In this document: positions 21,129 through 31,118 of the stretch, piece by piece
Numbering within the stretch: the stretch's first letter is position 1
Layout of the letters: every line of letters starts with the position of its first letter
Assembly: GCA_033762915.1 (NCBI GenBank)
Contig: JANRLD010000078.1
Location: forward strand, 9,550-73,549
Origin: Meiothermus sp.
Lineage (GTDB): Bacteria; Deinococcota; Deinococci; Deinococcales; Thermaceae
Length of the DNA: 64,000 bases
Direction: 5' to 3'
Translations under genes and position numbers: made by a program
Notes under the pieces: model-generated
What the model was told of the DNA's origin: nothing
Seen by the model: the letters and a program-made list of their open reading frames with translations, nothing else
The model's database searches: none

Positions 21129-21635
21129 TCAGGCCTTGGCCTCGAGTTCGAGCTGCCTGAACACCTGGGCCGCCCAGGTCTCGATCGGCACCCAGCCGCT
21201 CCATTCGCCCTTCGGCAGTTCCTTGGCGTTGACCAGCAGGTGGGGGGGCATGGCCTGGGCGTCACGGGAGACGATGGCCACCTCGAGGGGCTCGACGCTG
21301 CGGCGCACCTCGCGCAGCTGGATCAGCACCTCCTCCACCCGGTCGGGGAATTCGCCCAGTAGGGCGGTGTAAACCATGAAGTAGAGGGTGGGCAGCTTGC
21401 CCAGGGCCTCGCGGTGGTGCTGGACGAAGTGCTCAGCCTCGGGCAGCCAACGCTGCTCGCGGGTGCCGCTGCCCAGGATTACTGCGCGGTAGGCGCTCAG
21501 GCTCTTGACCTGCTCGATGGGCCGCACCTCCACCAGGCCCCCCTGCTTGCGCACGGCTTGGCTGATGGCCTCGGCGACCTTCTGGGTGGTTCCGCCACGG
21601 GTGGCGTAGGCGATCAGGATGGGTTGCTGGGTCAT
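21129..21635 (-). CDS. Flavodoxin-domain protein (HemG-like)
   Basis: ILIAYATRGGTTQKVAEAI, YRAVILGS. Confidence 0.75.
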   Translation of the reverse strand: MTQQPILIAYATRGGTTQKVAEAISQAVRKQGGLVEVRPIEQVKSLSAYRAVILGSGTREQRWLPEAEHFVQHHREALGKLPTLYFMVYTALLGEFPDRVEEVLIQLREVRRSVEPLEVAIVSRDAQAMPPHLLVNAKELPKGEWSGWVPIETWAAQVFRQLELEAKA

Positions 21636-21844
21636 GATGTCCCTCCGAAGATGAACCAGGGGTGCGGGGCTTGCCGCTCAAGCCGCCGCCCCCTGCGACT
21701 TTTGTAGGATGAACCGGGAGGATTACTGAAGCATTACCAAGGCTCGAGGCGATCGAGTTCGGTCGGATGCGCCACCCCCCCAGGGGCGCTCGAGGTCGCC
21801 CCGATCTATGCCCGGTCTGACCGCTGTCTCAGGCTGGCTCGGTC

Positions 21845-21902
21845 GGCGCAATTCCCTGCGGGAGTTGGCGGGCAGCAGATCGCAGTTCAACCACGAAGAC
21901 CC
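21845..21902 (+). repeat. Dispersed repeat, family B core
   Basis: GGCGCAATTCCCTGCGGGAGTTGGCGGG. Confidence 0.75.
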
Positions 21903-22784
21903 TTACTCCTCACGGTGTTCGCGTACCAGCAGCACAGCGCACCCGGCGCGGTGTACCACCCGCTCGGCCACGCTCCCCAGCAGCCAGTGGTCGAGTCCCG
22001 TTCGCCCGTGGGTGCCCATCACTATCAGGTCGGCCTGCTGCTCGGATGCGGCCCGCGCAATCCGGTCTCCGATGCGCTCGCCCTCCGCGTCCAGCAACAG
22101 CCCCTCGGCGTCGGGGAAGTCGGCGGTGGCCTCCTCGAGCAGCCGCTGCCCCTCCAGGCGCAAGTCCTCCGGCTCCACGCCCTGGGGGTAGTAGGGCTCG
22201 TAGAGCCGGGTGGGGAGCTGCGGCACCACGTGCAGCACCACCAGACGGCTGTTGAGGTAGCCCACCAGCCGCTTGGCCTGATTCAGGGCCAGACGGCTGA
22301 GGGCGCTGCCGTCCACGCTCACCATCACCCGCTCGAACAGCGGCACCGCCTCGCCACGCCGGGCCAGCAGCACCGGCACCGTGGCCCGGCGCACCACCCG
22401 CTCGGCCACGCTTCCCAGCATCAGGTGGGCAAAGCCCTCCCTCGAGTGTGTCCCCATCACGATCAGGTCACAGCCCTCGGCCTGTGCGGTCTTAACGATG
22501 CCCTCGGCGGAGGGCTGCCACTGGGCCAACAGGGTCTGAGTCTGGTTAGAGAGGCCCTCGGCGGCGGCGGCTTCCTGCCAGCGCTTTAAGAGGGCTTGGG
22601 CGTCGGCCTGCACGCTCTCCAGGGCCGCCTTGTAGCTGTCGCGGGCCGCCACCACCGGCCAGCCGTCCAGCACGCAGACGAACAGCACCTTTGAGCCCAG
22701 CCACCCCGCCAGCGCGATCCCGATGCGCCCGGCGTGCTCGCTACAGGCCGACCCGTCTACCGCGATCAGGATTTTCTGGAACAT
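21903..22784 (-). CDS. Tandem-domain universal stress protein
   Basis: Two USP domains: ILIAVDGS..IVMGTH..LGSVAERV repeated. Confidence 0.93.
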   Translation of the reverse strand: MFQKILIAVDGSACSEHAGRIGIALAGWLGSKVLFVCVLDGWPVVAARDSYKAALESVQADAQALLKRWQEAAAAEGLSNQTQTLLAQWQPSAEGIVKTAQAEGCDLIVMGTHSREGFAHLMLGSVAERVVRRATVPVLLARRGEAVPLFERVMVSVDGSALSRLALNQAKRLVGYLNSRLVVLHVVPQLPTRLYEPYYPQGVEPEDLRLEGQRLLEEATADFPDAEGLLLDAEGERIGDRIARAASEQQADLIVMGTHGRTGLDHWLLGSVAERVVHRAGCAVLLVREHREE

Positions 22785-22812
22785 AACCCTCCTCGCTTTT
22801 CTCTCCCCTGTG

Positions 22813-22918
22813 ACAGCAGTTCCCACGAATGCCACGCACGCAGAGACTCGGATGTGTGGGGTACATTACGCCCGCTTCAGCGCATCACCGCGTGAGGCGT
22901 AATGGTGGGAACCGCTGT
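22813..22918. repeat. Structured dispersed repeat, family A
   Basis: ACAGCAGTTCCCAC..GTGGGAACCGCTGT with internal CATTACGCC/GGCGTAATG stem. Confidence 0.8.
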
Positions 22919-22924
22919 GACGCC

Positions 22925-23359
22925 TCAGAGCCTGCGGAACCAGAAGCGCTCCCGATCCAGCGCGGGGTCGTAGCCCAGCCCGGCCAGGCCAGCCGCCTCG
23001 AGGTCTGCCAGCACCTCCCGCGCCACCTCCCGGTCGAGGCGGAGCTTGTCGGCGATAAAGCGGGCGGCCTCGTCGCGGGATTCAACACCGTGCTGACCCG
23101 CCAGCTCCGGGTATTCCTCGTCAAGATCGTGCAGGAGCTGGTCCAGGTCGACCGGGTGGCGGCTCAACACCCAGCCCTCGCCCAGGCGCTGCAGGTGCCG
23201 GCTCTCCTCGAGCCAGCGCAAGGCCGAGTCCGCCTCCGGCTCGGGCAGGCCATTAAGTTCCAAGGCCTCGAGCAGCCGCTCACGCTCTGGCCAAAAGTGC
23301 TGAGGGGCGCTTCGCATCCGCAGCAGCCAATCCTCAGAGGGGTAGAAGGACGTTTTCAT
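22925..23359 (-). CDS. Hypothetical protein (possible tandem winged-helix-like)
   Basis: 144-aa ORF with typical codon use and GAGGTG RBS. Confidence 0.6.
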   Translation of the reverse strand: MKTSFYPSEDWLLRMRSAPQHFWPERERLLEALELNGLPEPEADSALRWLEESRHLQRLGEGWVLSRHPVDLDQLLHDLDEEYPELAGQHGVESRDEAARFIADKLRLDREVAREVLADLEAAGLAGLGYDPALDRERFWFRRL

Positions 23360-23419
23360 GGCTCACCTCGCCGCTCCAGCGTAGCGGCATGGCGTTACCG
23401 GACGATTACCGGCCCTTAA

Positions 23420-23572
23420 GTTGCGCCAGGGTAGAAATACGGAATCGGCGGATACGGTAGCTACGTGCCGGGGCGGAGTGGCGTACGCCATAGGCGCGGA
23501 GCGGCTACCCGAGGCGCAATTCCCTGGGGGAGCTGGCGGGCAACATTTCGCATTGCAACTATGCAGACACTT
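23420..23572 (+). repeat. Dispersed repeat, family B (long copy)
   Basis: Colinear with the reverse complement of 43003-43173. Confidence 0.85.
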
Positions 23573-24146
23573 ACTCTCCCGAGCGCACATCGCCCAAAGT
23601 CCGGGCCCGGTACTCAATCTGTGAAAAACTCGGCGCACATCCTTCGCCGGTCGGCGACTGGGCCAGGAAGCCTGCCTGGGTAGGGGCGTCCTCGAGTTCA
23701 AACAGCCGCACCATGCTCCAGTGGCGGGGACGCTCCAGGTAGTGAAAAGCAAACACCTTGCCCATCTTGGCCACCCGGTAGTGCACCCGGCTGCCGGGGA
23801 TGGCGTAGGAATTGCAGTCGTCGGAGCTCCCCTTGGTCACCACCGAGACCACCGAGGGCACGCCCTGCGGCGAAAGCTCGAAGCACAGCTTGGCCCAGCT
23901 TCTGGGGTGCTGGTAGATCACCAGCACGCCCGCGTCGTAGGTGGACCGAAAATCCACCTCCACCGCCGCGCTGAGCGTAAAGTCGTCGGCCACCTTAAAG
24001 ACCAGCATGGGCGTGTTGGCCGCGCTGTTCCTGCCGAAGGGGTCGTTAAAAAGGTCGGTGCGGGGGCCGGCCTCGAGGCTTAAGACGCCGTTCTCCATGG
24101 TCCACTTGGCGTCGGCGGGGTGGGGTTTTAGCTCGGGCAATTCCAT
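23571..24146 (-). CDS. DUF1349 (concanavalin-like, Ree1-like) protein
   Basis: AGPRTDLF.DP, YDAG, WAKLCFE, SVVT.G.SDD, AQSPTGEGC; GGAGG RBS. Confidence 0.8.
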   Translation of the reverse strand: MELPELKPHPADAKWTMENGVLSLEAGPRTDLFNDPFGRNSAANTPMLVFKVADDFTLSAAVEVDFRSTYDAGVLVIYQHPRSWAKLCFELSPQGVPSVVSVVTKGSSDDCNSYAIPGSRVHYRVAKMGKVFAFHYLERPRHWSMVRLFELEDAPTQAGFLAQSPTGEGCAPSFSQIEYRARTLGDVRSGE

Positions 24147-24217
24147 ATGGCCTCCCTCAGATGAGCCTATGCACGTTTCTTTGATCTCCCAGCAGCGGCC
24201 GGTGCCCGGCCAAAAAC

Positions 24218-25471
24218 CTAACCCTCGGGAATCGCCCGGCGCACCAGCGCCATCAGATCGGCGAAGCTCGAGATGTTGTGCGACCTCTTGATCAGCGTCC
24301 GGCCCAGCCTCAGTGCCAGCCGCTCGGCGCCGGCTCGCACCCTGGGGTCGGGGATGGACTCGAGGTCGTAGACGTGCGCGAACCCCACCGTGCGGCGGAT
24401 CATCTCGCAGCCCGCGTAGCCGCAGGCGTCGCGCAGCAGCTCGAGCACGAACCCCTCCTGAAACGCCGGCGACGACCAGGAGACGTCCCGGACGCTTCGC
24501 AGCCGCTGGCGGAAGCCGCGCTCGAACGTCGCCCAGCACTGCTCGGCCTGGGCGTATAAGTAGGCTCGGTACGCCCGTCGCTGCCCGCCGTCCGCCGCAT
24601 GCCCCTGCTGCGCCGCCGCGTTAAGGAACAGGTTAGCCACAAACAGCCCTACGTCGAAGCCCATCGGGCCGTAGAAGGCGAACTCGGGGTCAATCACCCG
24701 GATATCGGCGTTACCCCGGGCGTCCGGCGCGGTGGCCATGATCGATCCGGTGTGCAGGTCGCCGTGCAGCATGGCCTGACCACAGGTCATGAAGCGGTAC
24801 TTCAGGCGGGCCACCCGGTACCGCACCTCCCCGTCGGCCTGCAGGGCCGCCAGGTCCTTGGCGATGTGCGGGTTGAAGCTGTTGCGGTTCGGCTTGCCGC
24901 CGAGCAATTGGGGCTCAAAGGGCTCGGTCAGGATCAGGTCCTCGGTGATCTCGCACAGCTCGCCGTTAACGAACCGCGCCGCGAGTTCCTTTTTGGCCTT
25001 GGCCTCCAGCCCAAAGTCCGAGGTCCCGAACAGCGTGGCGGCCAGGAACTCTCCGATGGTCTGTCCCAGGTTCTCGTAGCGCGTTCGTGCCACCATCGGG
25101 CGGCGCAATACCTGGTGGGCCCGCAAGTCCTCCATCACGTTGAGGTTTAGCCCGTCGTCGAACCAGTAGGGCTTGGGCACCAGCGCGGGCGCGAGTTTGT
25201 ACTGCTGCTCGAGCGCCCTGGCCTCGATCCCCGCCCGCTCCGGCGAGAGCGGCCAGGCCTCCCCCGCCACCCGCAGGTAGGGTATGCCCTGCTTGAGCAG
25301 CAGGCTCTTTGCGGGGTTGCGCTTCTCGAACACCCGGAACACCAGGTTCAGGTTCCCGTCGCCAATCTCGGCACACTCAAGGGCCGCACGCCTGTCGATC
25401 AAGCCCTTGGCAAGCGGGTGTTGCCGCACGTACTCGGTGGCGGAGAGGGGGTTAAGGATGCGGTAGGACAT
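24218..25471 (-). CDS. mtnK: S-methyl-5-thioribose kinase-like (MtnK)
   Basis: EIGDGNLNLVF, KQGIPYLR, CEITEDL, HGDLHTGS, IDPEFAFYGPMGFD, EMIRRTVG. Confidence 0.9.
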   Translation of the reverse strand: MSYRILNPLSATEYVRQHPLAKGLIDRRAALECAEIGDGNLNLVFRVFEKRNPAKSLLLKQGIPYLRVAGEAWPLSPERAGIEARALEQQYKLAPALVPKPYWFDDGLNLNVMEDLRAHQVLRRPMVARTRYENLGQTIGEFLAATLFGTSDFGLEAKAKKELAARFVNGELCEITEDLILTEPFEPQLLGGKPNRNSFNPHIAKDLAALQADGEVRYRVARLKYRFMTCGQAMLHGDLHTGSIMATAPDARGNADIRVIDPEFAFYGPMGFDVGLFVANLFLNAAAQQGHAADGGQRRAYRAYLYAQAEQCWATFERGFRQRLRSVRDVSWSSPAFQEGFVLELLRDACGYAGCEMIRRTVGFAHVYDLESIPDPRVRAGAERLALRLGRTLIKRSHNISSFADLMALVRRAIPEG

Positions 25472-25564
25472 AGGAGTAGCGCCGAGGGGGCCCGAACCAC
25501 GAACAACCTACCGGAAGCGCCTTCGCCACGCGGAGTGAGGGTTGCGCCGAGGAAACCCTGTTCT

Positions 25565-26578
25565 TCACGCCAGCTTCCTCCGGGCGAAGACCACGCTCGA
25601 GACCAGGATGATCAGCCCGATCACCACCAGCTGCCAGGTGCTGGGCACACCGATGAGGATCAGGCTGGTGTTGATCAGGGTGATGAGCACCACGCCCAGC
25701 AGCGTGCCGGTGACGGTGCCGGTGCCGCCCGTCACCCTGGCCCCGCCCAGCACCACCGCCGCGATCACCGTCAGCTCGGAGCCCACCAGGTCGAAGGGGT
25801 TGGCCTGGCGGTTCATCGAGGCGTGGAGCATTCCCGCCAGTCCTGCCAGCACGCCCACGTAGCCGAAAACGAACAGGTAGACCGTCCGCACGCTGATGCC
25901 CAGCCGCTCGGCAATCGGCACGCTGCCCCCCACCGCGTAAATGGCCCGGCCCAGCAGGGTACGGTTAAGAATCCACCACGTCACCAGCGCGACCGCGATC
26001 AACACCAGGAAGGCGATGGGGAGGCCGACCCGGGTGCCCTCGCTCGAGGTGTAGGCGATGAGGTTGATCTTGCCGAACTGATCCATGCTGGGCGGGATGT
26101 CCATGATGTGGCGGCTCCCAATGAAGCCCAGCAGGAAGCCCCGGATCAGGTACTGTGTCCCGATGGTCACGATGAGCGACGGCGCTCGGAAGCGGTGGAC
26201 AATGACGCCGTTCAGCAGGCCCAGCAGCAGACCGAAGCCGATGGAGATCAGGAGCGGCAGCGCGAACGGCGCGTTGGGCGCGACGTTGAGCACGATGACC
26301 GTACTGGCGTAGAGCGCGAAGGCCCCGATGGCAGTGAAGGAGACGTCAATCCCGCCCGCCGCCAGCACCAGCAGTACCCCCAGCGCGAAGATCCCGGTCA
26401 CGATCATCGAGCGCAGCAGGTCAAACAGGCTGGCGGGCTGGATAAAGGCCGGGTTGATGACGGTGATCAGCACGCTCAGCGCGACAATCAGCATCAACGT
26501 GAAGAACTCAGGGCGGCGCAGCAGCCCAGCCCACCTCGAGGGGGCGGCGGCTTTGGGGGGATCGGTGGCGGGAGACAT
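25565..26578 (-). CDS. Sugar ABC transporter permease (CUT2)
   Basis: GGIDVS, GRAIYAVGG, ELTVIAAVVLGG. Confidence 0.93.
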   Translation of the reverse strand: MSPATDPPKAAAPSRWAGLLRRPEFFTLMLIVALSVLITVINPAFIQPASLFDLLRSMIVTGIFALGVLLVLAAGGIDVSFTAIGAFALYASTVIVLNVAPNAPFALPLLISIGFGLLLGLLNGVIVHRFRAPSLIVTIGTQYLIRGFLLGFIGSRHIMDIPPSMDQFGKINLIAYTSSEGTRVGLPIAFLVLIAVALVTWWILNRTLLGRAIYAVGGSVPIAERLGISVRTVYLFVFGYVGVLAGLAGMLHASMNRQANPFDLVGSELTVIAAVVLGGARVTGGTGTVTGTLLGVVLITLINTSLILIGVPSTWQLVVIGLIILVSSVVFARRKLA

Positions 26579-26796
26579 ATCAGCGGGTGGCGGGCGTAGC
26601 GGAGCGGAGGGTAGTAGTTACTAACAGGTGGCGGGTAGCAAAGTTAAAAGCCAGAAACAACCCCCCGGTGAGTCATAGGGGTCGGGAAGGCTCGAGACGC
26701 AAGCCGCGAGGTCGGACAATGCGCGTTCACCGACCCCGCAACTCGAGGGGGGGTTTCTTCACAAGCCAACAAAAACCGAGTCATTCACCCTCTCCC

Positions 26797-28323
26797 CTAC
26801 TCGCTCAACAGCTCTCGAGACAGCACGTCCTCGCTCAGACCCTCCACCGGGAATTCCCTGGCGATCCGACCCTTCTTCATAACCAGGATTCGGTCGCAGT
26901 TTTGCAGCAGTTCGGGCAGGTCGTCGGAGACGATGATGACCCCGATGCCGCCCTCCGCGAGGTTCTGGACGATCTTGTAGAGGGCATCCTTGGAACCCAC
27001 GTCCACCCCCATCGTCGGGCCGTGCAACAGCAGCACCTTGGGCTCGATGCCCAGCCAGCGGGCCACCATCACCCGCTGCTGGTTGCCGCCGGAGAGCGAC
27101 TGCACCGGCAGCATGACGTTGGGGGTGGCGATCTGCAAGTCCTTTACGGCCTGCTCGGCCTTGGCCTGGCTCTTGGGCATGTCCACCTGGTTGCCGCGCA
27201 GCAGCCGGTCGAGAATCGAGACCACGATGTTCTCTCGGATCGGCTTCTGGATGAACAGCCCCTCGGTCAGGCGGTCTTCGGGGACGTAGCCGATGCCCAG
27301 CTTGATGGCGTCCCTGGGGTTCTTGATGCGGACGGGCTGCCCCTCGAGCCGCACCTCCCCCGAGTCCGCCGGATGCACCCCGGAGATGCCCAGCGATAGC
27401 TCGTTGCGCCCGGAGTCCAGCAGGCCGGTGATGCCCAGCACCTCCCCCCGGTGCAGCCGGAGCGAGATGTCTTGATAGAACCTTTTACTGCTGAAGTTGC
27501 TCAACTCCAGAAGCACCTCGGCCTGCGGCTTGCCTGCGCGGTAGGAGTGCTTGTCGAGTTGCTTTCCGGTCATCAGGAAAGCGATCTGTTCCTTGGTGTA
27601 GTCCTTCAGGCTGCCCTCGGCTACCTTCTGTCCGTCGCGCAGCACGATCACGTTCCCGCCGATGCGGAACACCTCGTCGAGCTTGTGGCTCACGAACAAG
27701 ACGCTCACCCCGTCGGCGCGCAGCTTGCCGACGATCCCAATGAGGTTCTCGACCTCCTTCTGGGTGAGCGCCGCCGTCGGCTCGTCCATGATGACCAGCG
27801 TGGCCTTGGTCGCAATGCCTCGAGCAATCGCCACCAGCTGCCGCACCGCGATGGGCAGGTCTTCGACTTTGGTCTCGAGAAAGTCCGCCGTGGGGCTCAG
27901 CCCGACCCGCTGGAGGGCTGCGCCGGCGACCTGGTTCAGCTTGGCCCAGTCGAAGCCTCTGGCCAGCTGCCCGTTGTTGGCGATGAGCTGGGTATTGAAG
28001 GCCACGTTCTCGGCCACGCTCAGGTTGGGGAAGAGCGAGAGGTCCTGATAGACCGTCTCGATGCCCACCTTAAGCGACTCGAGAGCCCCCAGCCTGCTGT
28101 AGCTTTGCCCCCGCACCGTGAGCGTCCCCGAGTCCGGCGGCTGCGCCCCGGAGATGATCTTGATCAGCGTGGACTTGCCCGACCCGTTCTCGCCCAGCAG
28201 GTGATAAATCTCTCCACCCCGGATGGTCATGCTGACCCCGCGCAGGGCGCGCACCCCGCCGAAAGCCTTGGTGATGTCCTCGAGGCGGAGGAACTCGGGT
28301 GAGGTCGGGGGTTCGGCGGTCAT
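26797..28323 (-). CDS. Sugar ABC transporter ATP-binding protein (two NBDs)
   Basis: GENGSGKST, MDEPT, VPEDR, LSGGNQQ. Confidence 0.95.
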   Translation of the reverse strand: MTAEPPTSPEFLRLEDITKAFGGVRALRGVSMTIRGGEIYHLLGENGSGKSTLIKIISGAQPPDSGTLTVRGQSYSRLGALESLKVGIETVYQDLSLFPNLSVAENVAFNTQLIANNGQLARGFDWAKLNQVAGAALQRVGLSPTADFLETKVEDLPIAVRQLVAIARGIATKATLVIMDEPTAALTQKEVENLIGIVGKLRADGVSVLFVSHKLDEVFRIGGNVIVLRDGQKVAEGSLKDYTKEQIAFLMTGKQLDKHSYRAGKPQAEVLLELSNFSSKRFYQDISLRLHRGEVLGITGLLDSGRNELSLGISGVHPADSGEVRLEGQPVRIKNPRDAIKLGIGYVPEDRLTEGLFIQKPIRENIVVSILDRLLRGNQVDMPKSQAKAEQAVKDLQIATPNVMLPVQSLSGGNQQRVMVARWLGIEPKVLLLHGPTMGVDVGSKDALYKIVQNLAEGGIGVIIVSDDLPELLQNCDRILVMKKGRIAREFPVEGLSEDVLSRELLSE

Positions 28324-28698
28324 AGGCAGAAGTCAGCGGTCGGCGATGCAGGGGCGGGGCGGAAGGTAAAAGGGATTCCGTTGTTTTGTATCTGGAAAAG
28401 GTTGTCTGTTATGTACTGGAGGAGTTATTCCGGGCGGAGCGAGGAGTCCCAGCGTGCGGGAAGCGCGGTGCGGCGGATTTCCCGCCTGCTTGCAAAGGAT
28501 TCCCCTCGGCACACGTCGCCAAAACTGCGACCACGCTGGGCTGGCTCGAGGTGGCAACCCCTACAGTAACGGGGATCGGGCTTTTTTCGTCGGCTTTGGT
28601 GAGGGATGCGCCCTGCGTCTGTGGCGCTCGAGCGCACCCCTCATATGGGCGGGAAGGCGGCGTAGCTGTTTCTTGCTCCGCGTTCCCTGCCGCCTGGC

Positions 28699-29709
28699 TT
28701 AGAAGGGGTAATCCTTCAGGTTGGCCTTGTCGACGAATACGGCTGCATTACCGTAGATGATCGAGCCGGCACCCGCGCCCTTGACCACACGCACGCGCTC
28801 GTAGCCCTTGACGCCCAGGTTCATGCCGTCGGTGACAGCCCTGCCCTCTACAGCCATCTGGGCCACCCGGTTCATCACGATGCCCGCGTCGCGGGGATCC
28901 CAGAAGCCGATACCATCCACCGCACCGCTCTCGATAAAGCGGCCCGCGATGCTGGGCAGGCTGGTGCCGAACACGCACACGCGGTTGCTCAGGCCGGCCT
29001 CCTCGATGGCCCGGCCGATGCCCGCCACGTCGGTGGAGGCGCTACCCTGGAAGCCGCGGATGTCGGGGTGCTTGCGGAGGATCTCGCGCGCCTTCTGGTA
29101 GGCCTGGTCGGCGCTGTCGGCGGTCTCCTGCTTGGCGTCTACGAGCTGCATCCCGCTGTGCTTTCTAGCGTTGGCGATGCCACCATCGGCCCACTGGTTG
29201 TGGGTCTTGGAGCCCAGGCTGCCTACGAAGACCGTCCACTTGCCGGTGCGGCCCATGCACTGAGCCAAGCGCTCGTTGAGTTGCGCGCCGAAGTCCTCGT
29301 TCTGGAAGGCCTCGATGTCGTAGAGGGTGTTGACCTGGTTGGTGGCCTCGTGGGTCACTACCTTGATGCCGCGGTCCATGGCCTGCTTGAGAACGGGCTC
29401 GAGCACCGTGGGGTCCATCGGCACAATCGCGATCGCGTCAGGGCGGCGGGCGATCACGTCCTGAATCACCCTGAGCTGCTGCGCCGCGTCGGCCTGGGCC
29501 GGGCCGGTCTGGGTGGCGTTGTTGCCCGAGGCGGTGGCGTACTGCTTGACGCCCTCCTCCATGCGGTTGAACCAGTTGATGCCGGTGATCTTCACCACCG
29601 TGACCATGTTTAGCCGCCGGTTCTGGGCCTCGACATAGTTAAAGGCGCCGATCCCCACCGCTGCCGCCACGCCCACCGCAGCCGTTATCCATATTGCCTT
29701 TCTGTTCAT
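28699..29709 (-). CDS. Sugar ABC substrate-binding protein (LsrB/RhaS-like)
   Basis: Signal peptide; VVKITGINWFNRMEEGV, FWDP; GGAGG RBS. Confidence 0.88.
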   Translation of the reverse strand: MNRKAIWITAAVGVAAAVGIGAFNYVEAQNRRLNMVTVVKITGINWFNRMEEGVKQYATASGNNATQTGPAQADAAQQLRVIQDVIARRPDAIAIVPMDPTVLEPVLKQAMDRGIKVVTHEATNQVNTLYDIEAFQNEDFGAQLNERLAQCMGRTGKWTVFVGSLGSKTHNQWADGGIANARKHSGMQLVDAKQETADSADQAYQKAREILRKHPDIRGFQGSASTDVAGIGRAIEEAGLSNRVCVFGTSLPSIAGRFIESGAVDGIGFWDPRDAGIVMNRVAQMAVEGRAVTDGMNLGVKGYERVRVVKGAGAGSIIYGNAAVFVDKANLKDYPF

Positions 29710-29890
29710 GGTTCCTCCTGATTTCGAATCACTCGAGATGGCTCGAGACAATTCCTTAAGTGTTTGGGGAGTCGGGGTTTGCGGGCTGGGTCTCTAACAA
29801 CCCAGGCTTAGCCGTTCCCTGGTCTGGCCGGCCGCTAGCAGCCCCGCAGCACCTCCACCGCTCCCAGTTAGCCGTTCCCCGTATTGCACC

Positions 29891-30910
29891 TCACCCCGTC
29901 TCCCGCCTTCGCCTCGGCAAGAACTGCTGCCAGGCGCTGGTGAACACGATGGACAAGAGCAGCAACAGGCCCCAGGTGAAATCGCGCAGGAAGTTGGAGA
30001 CGTTGAGCAGGTTGAGGCCGCTCGAGAGCAGTTGCAGTGCTACCCCGGCCAGCACCAGTCCCAGCACCCGCCCATGGCCACCGTCGGGGTTGATGCCTCC
30101 CATCACCGCCATCAGGATGGCGATGAGTAGATAGGAGGCCCCGAAGTCCCACTTGGCGCTGCTGTTGGCCGACGCCGAGATGATGCCAGAGATCGAGGCC
30201 AGCACCCCGCACAGGGTGTAGGTGAACAGCTGCATCTGGCGGGTGTTGATGCCCGCGAAGTGGGCCGCCTTGGGGTTGGTACCCATCAGGTAGAGCCGGA
30301 AGCCGAAGCGCGTGCGGCCCAGCAGCCAGGCCACCAGCAGGGCCGCTACCAAGAAGATGACGAAGGGGATCGGCACCCCGAACAGGGTACCGTTGCCGAT
30401 CTGTACAAAGGGCTCGACGTAGCCCAGGCTGACCGTGGGGCCACCCGAGAGTGCCACCCCCAGGCCAACAAACAGGAGCTGGGTGCCCAGTGTTGCGAGG
30501 ATGGGGGCGAAGCCGGCCCTCGAGATCAGCAGCCCGTTGATGACGCCACACGCCACCCCCACCATCAGGGCCACCACCACAAACACCAGCATGAAGGCCG
30601 CGCCGCTGCCGTCCGCAACGGTGGCCTTGGCGACCAGCCCCGCCGTGATAGCCGAGAGGTTGGCGATGCCCACCACCGACAGGTCAATGCCGCCGTTGCC
30701 CGAGACCATCGCCAGCATGATCGCCAGAGCCAGCAGGGCGATCTCGGGGAGCTGCTTGGCCATGTTCTGGATGTTAAACGGGTCGAGAAACTGCCCCGAC
30801 GACACCGCCGACGCCACCAGCAAAATCACCAAGTTGGCGATCAGCAAGAAGCGGATATGGCGGTCGGAGAACAGGTCACGCAGCAAGGAAAGCCTCTCCA
30901 GGAGCAGCAA
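29891..30910 (-). CDS. Sugar ABC transporter permease (start uncertain)
   Basis: GGIDLS, G.NPKAAHFAGI, LMAVMGG. Confidence 0.9.
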   Translation of the reverse strand: MLLLERLSLLRDLFSDRHIRFLLIANLVILLVASAVSSGQFLDPFNIQNMAKQLPEIALLALAIMLAMVSGNGGIDLSVVGIANLSAITAGLVAKATVADGSGAAFMLVFVVVALMVGVACGVINGLLISRAGFAPILATLGTQLLFVGLGVALSGGPTVSLGYVEPFVQIGNGTLFGVPIPFVIFLVAALLVAWLLGRTRFGFRLYLMGTNPKAAHFAGINTRQMQLFTYTLCGVLASISGIISASANSSAKWDFGASYLLIAILMAVMGGINPDGGHGRVLGLVLAGVALQLLSSGLNLLNVSNFLRDFTWGLLLLLSIVFTSAWQQFLPRRRRETG

Positions 30911-30912
30911 AT

Positions 30913-30928
30913 CTGCAATCGTTTGCAG
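30913..30928. promoter_or_regulatory. LacI-family operator candidate
   Basis: CTGCAATCGTTTGCAG; 15-bp identical reverse-complement copy at 36352-36366. Confidence 0.7.
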
Positions 30929-31118
30929 CCAGACCCACGCGCAAAAATCAGTAGCTCGAAGGTCTATTCAAAAGTTGGACGCTTCGGATATTATCAAGCC
31001 GTTCAAAGGATTGCAAGCGCACGGCTTCCACACTCGGAATCTTTCTAGCTCGGGCCACATTTTCGGCCCAGGCTCGAGCCGCCAGCCGACGCACTGCGAT
31101 CACGGTTCAGGAGGCAAC

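Noticed and set aside
29801..29880. Direct repeat TTAGCCGTTCCC twice, 60 bp apart, as a mini-CRISPR
   Set aside because: Only two 12-bp units, and no cas genes or leader
30435..31118. N-terminal extension of DhaK
   Set aside because: Antisense to the permease; the true start is GTG 31119 with an RBS
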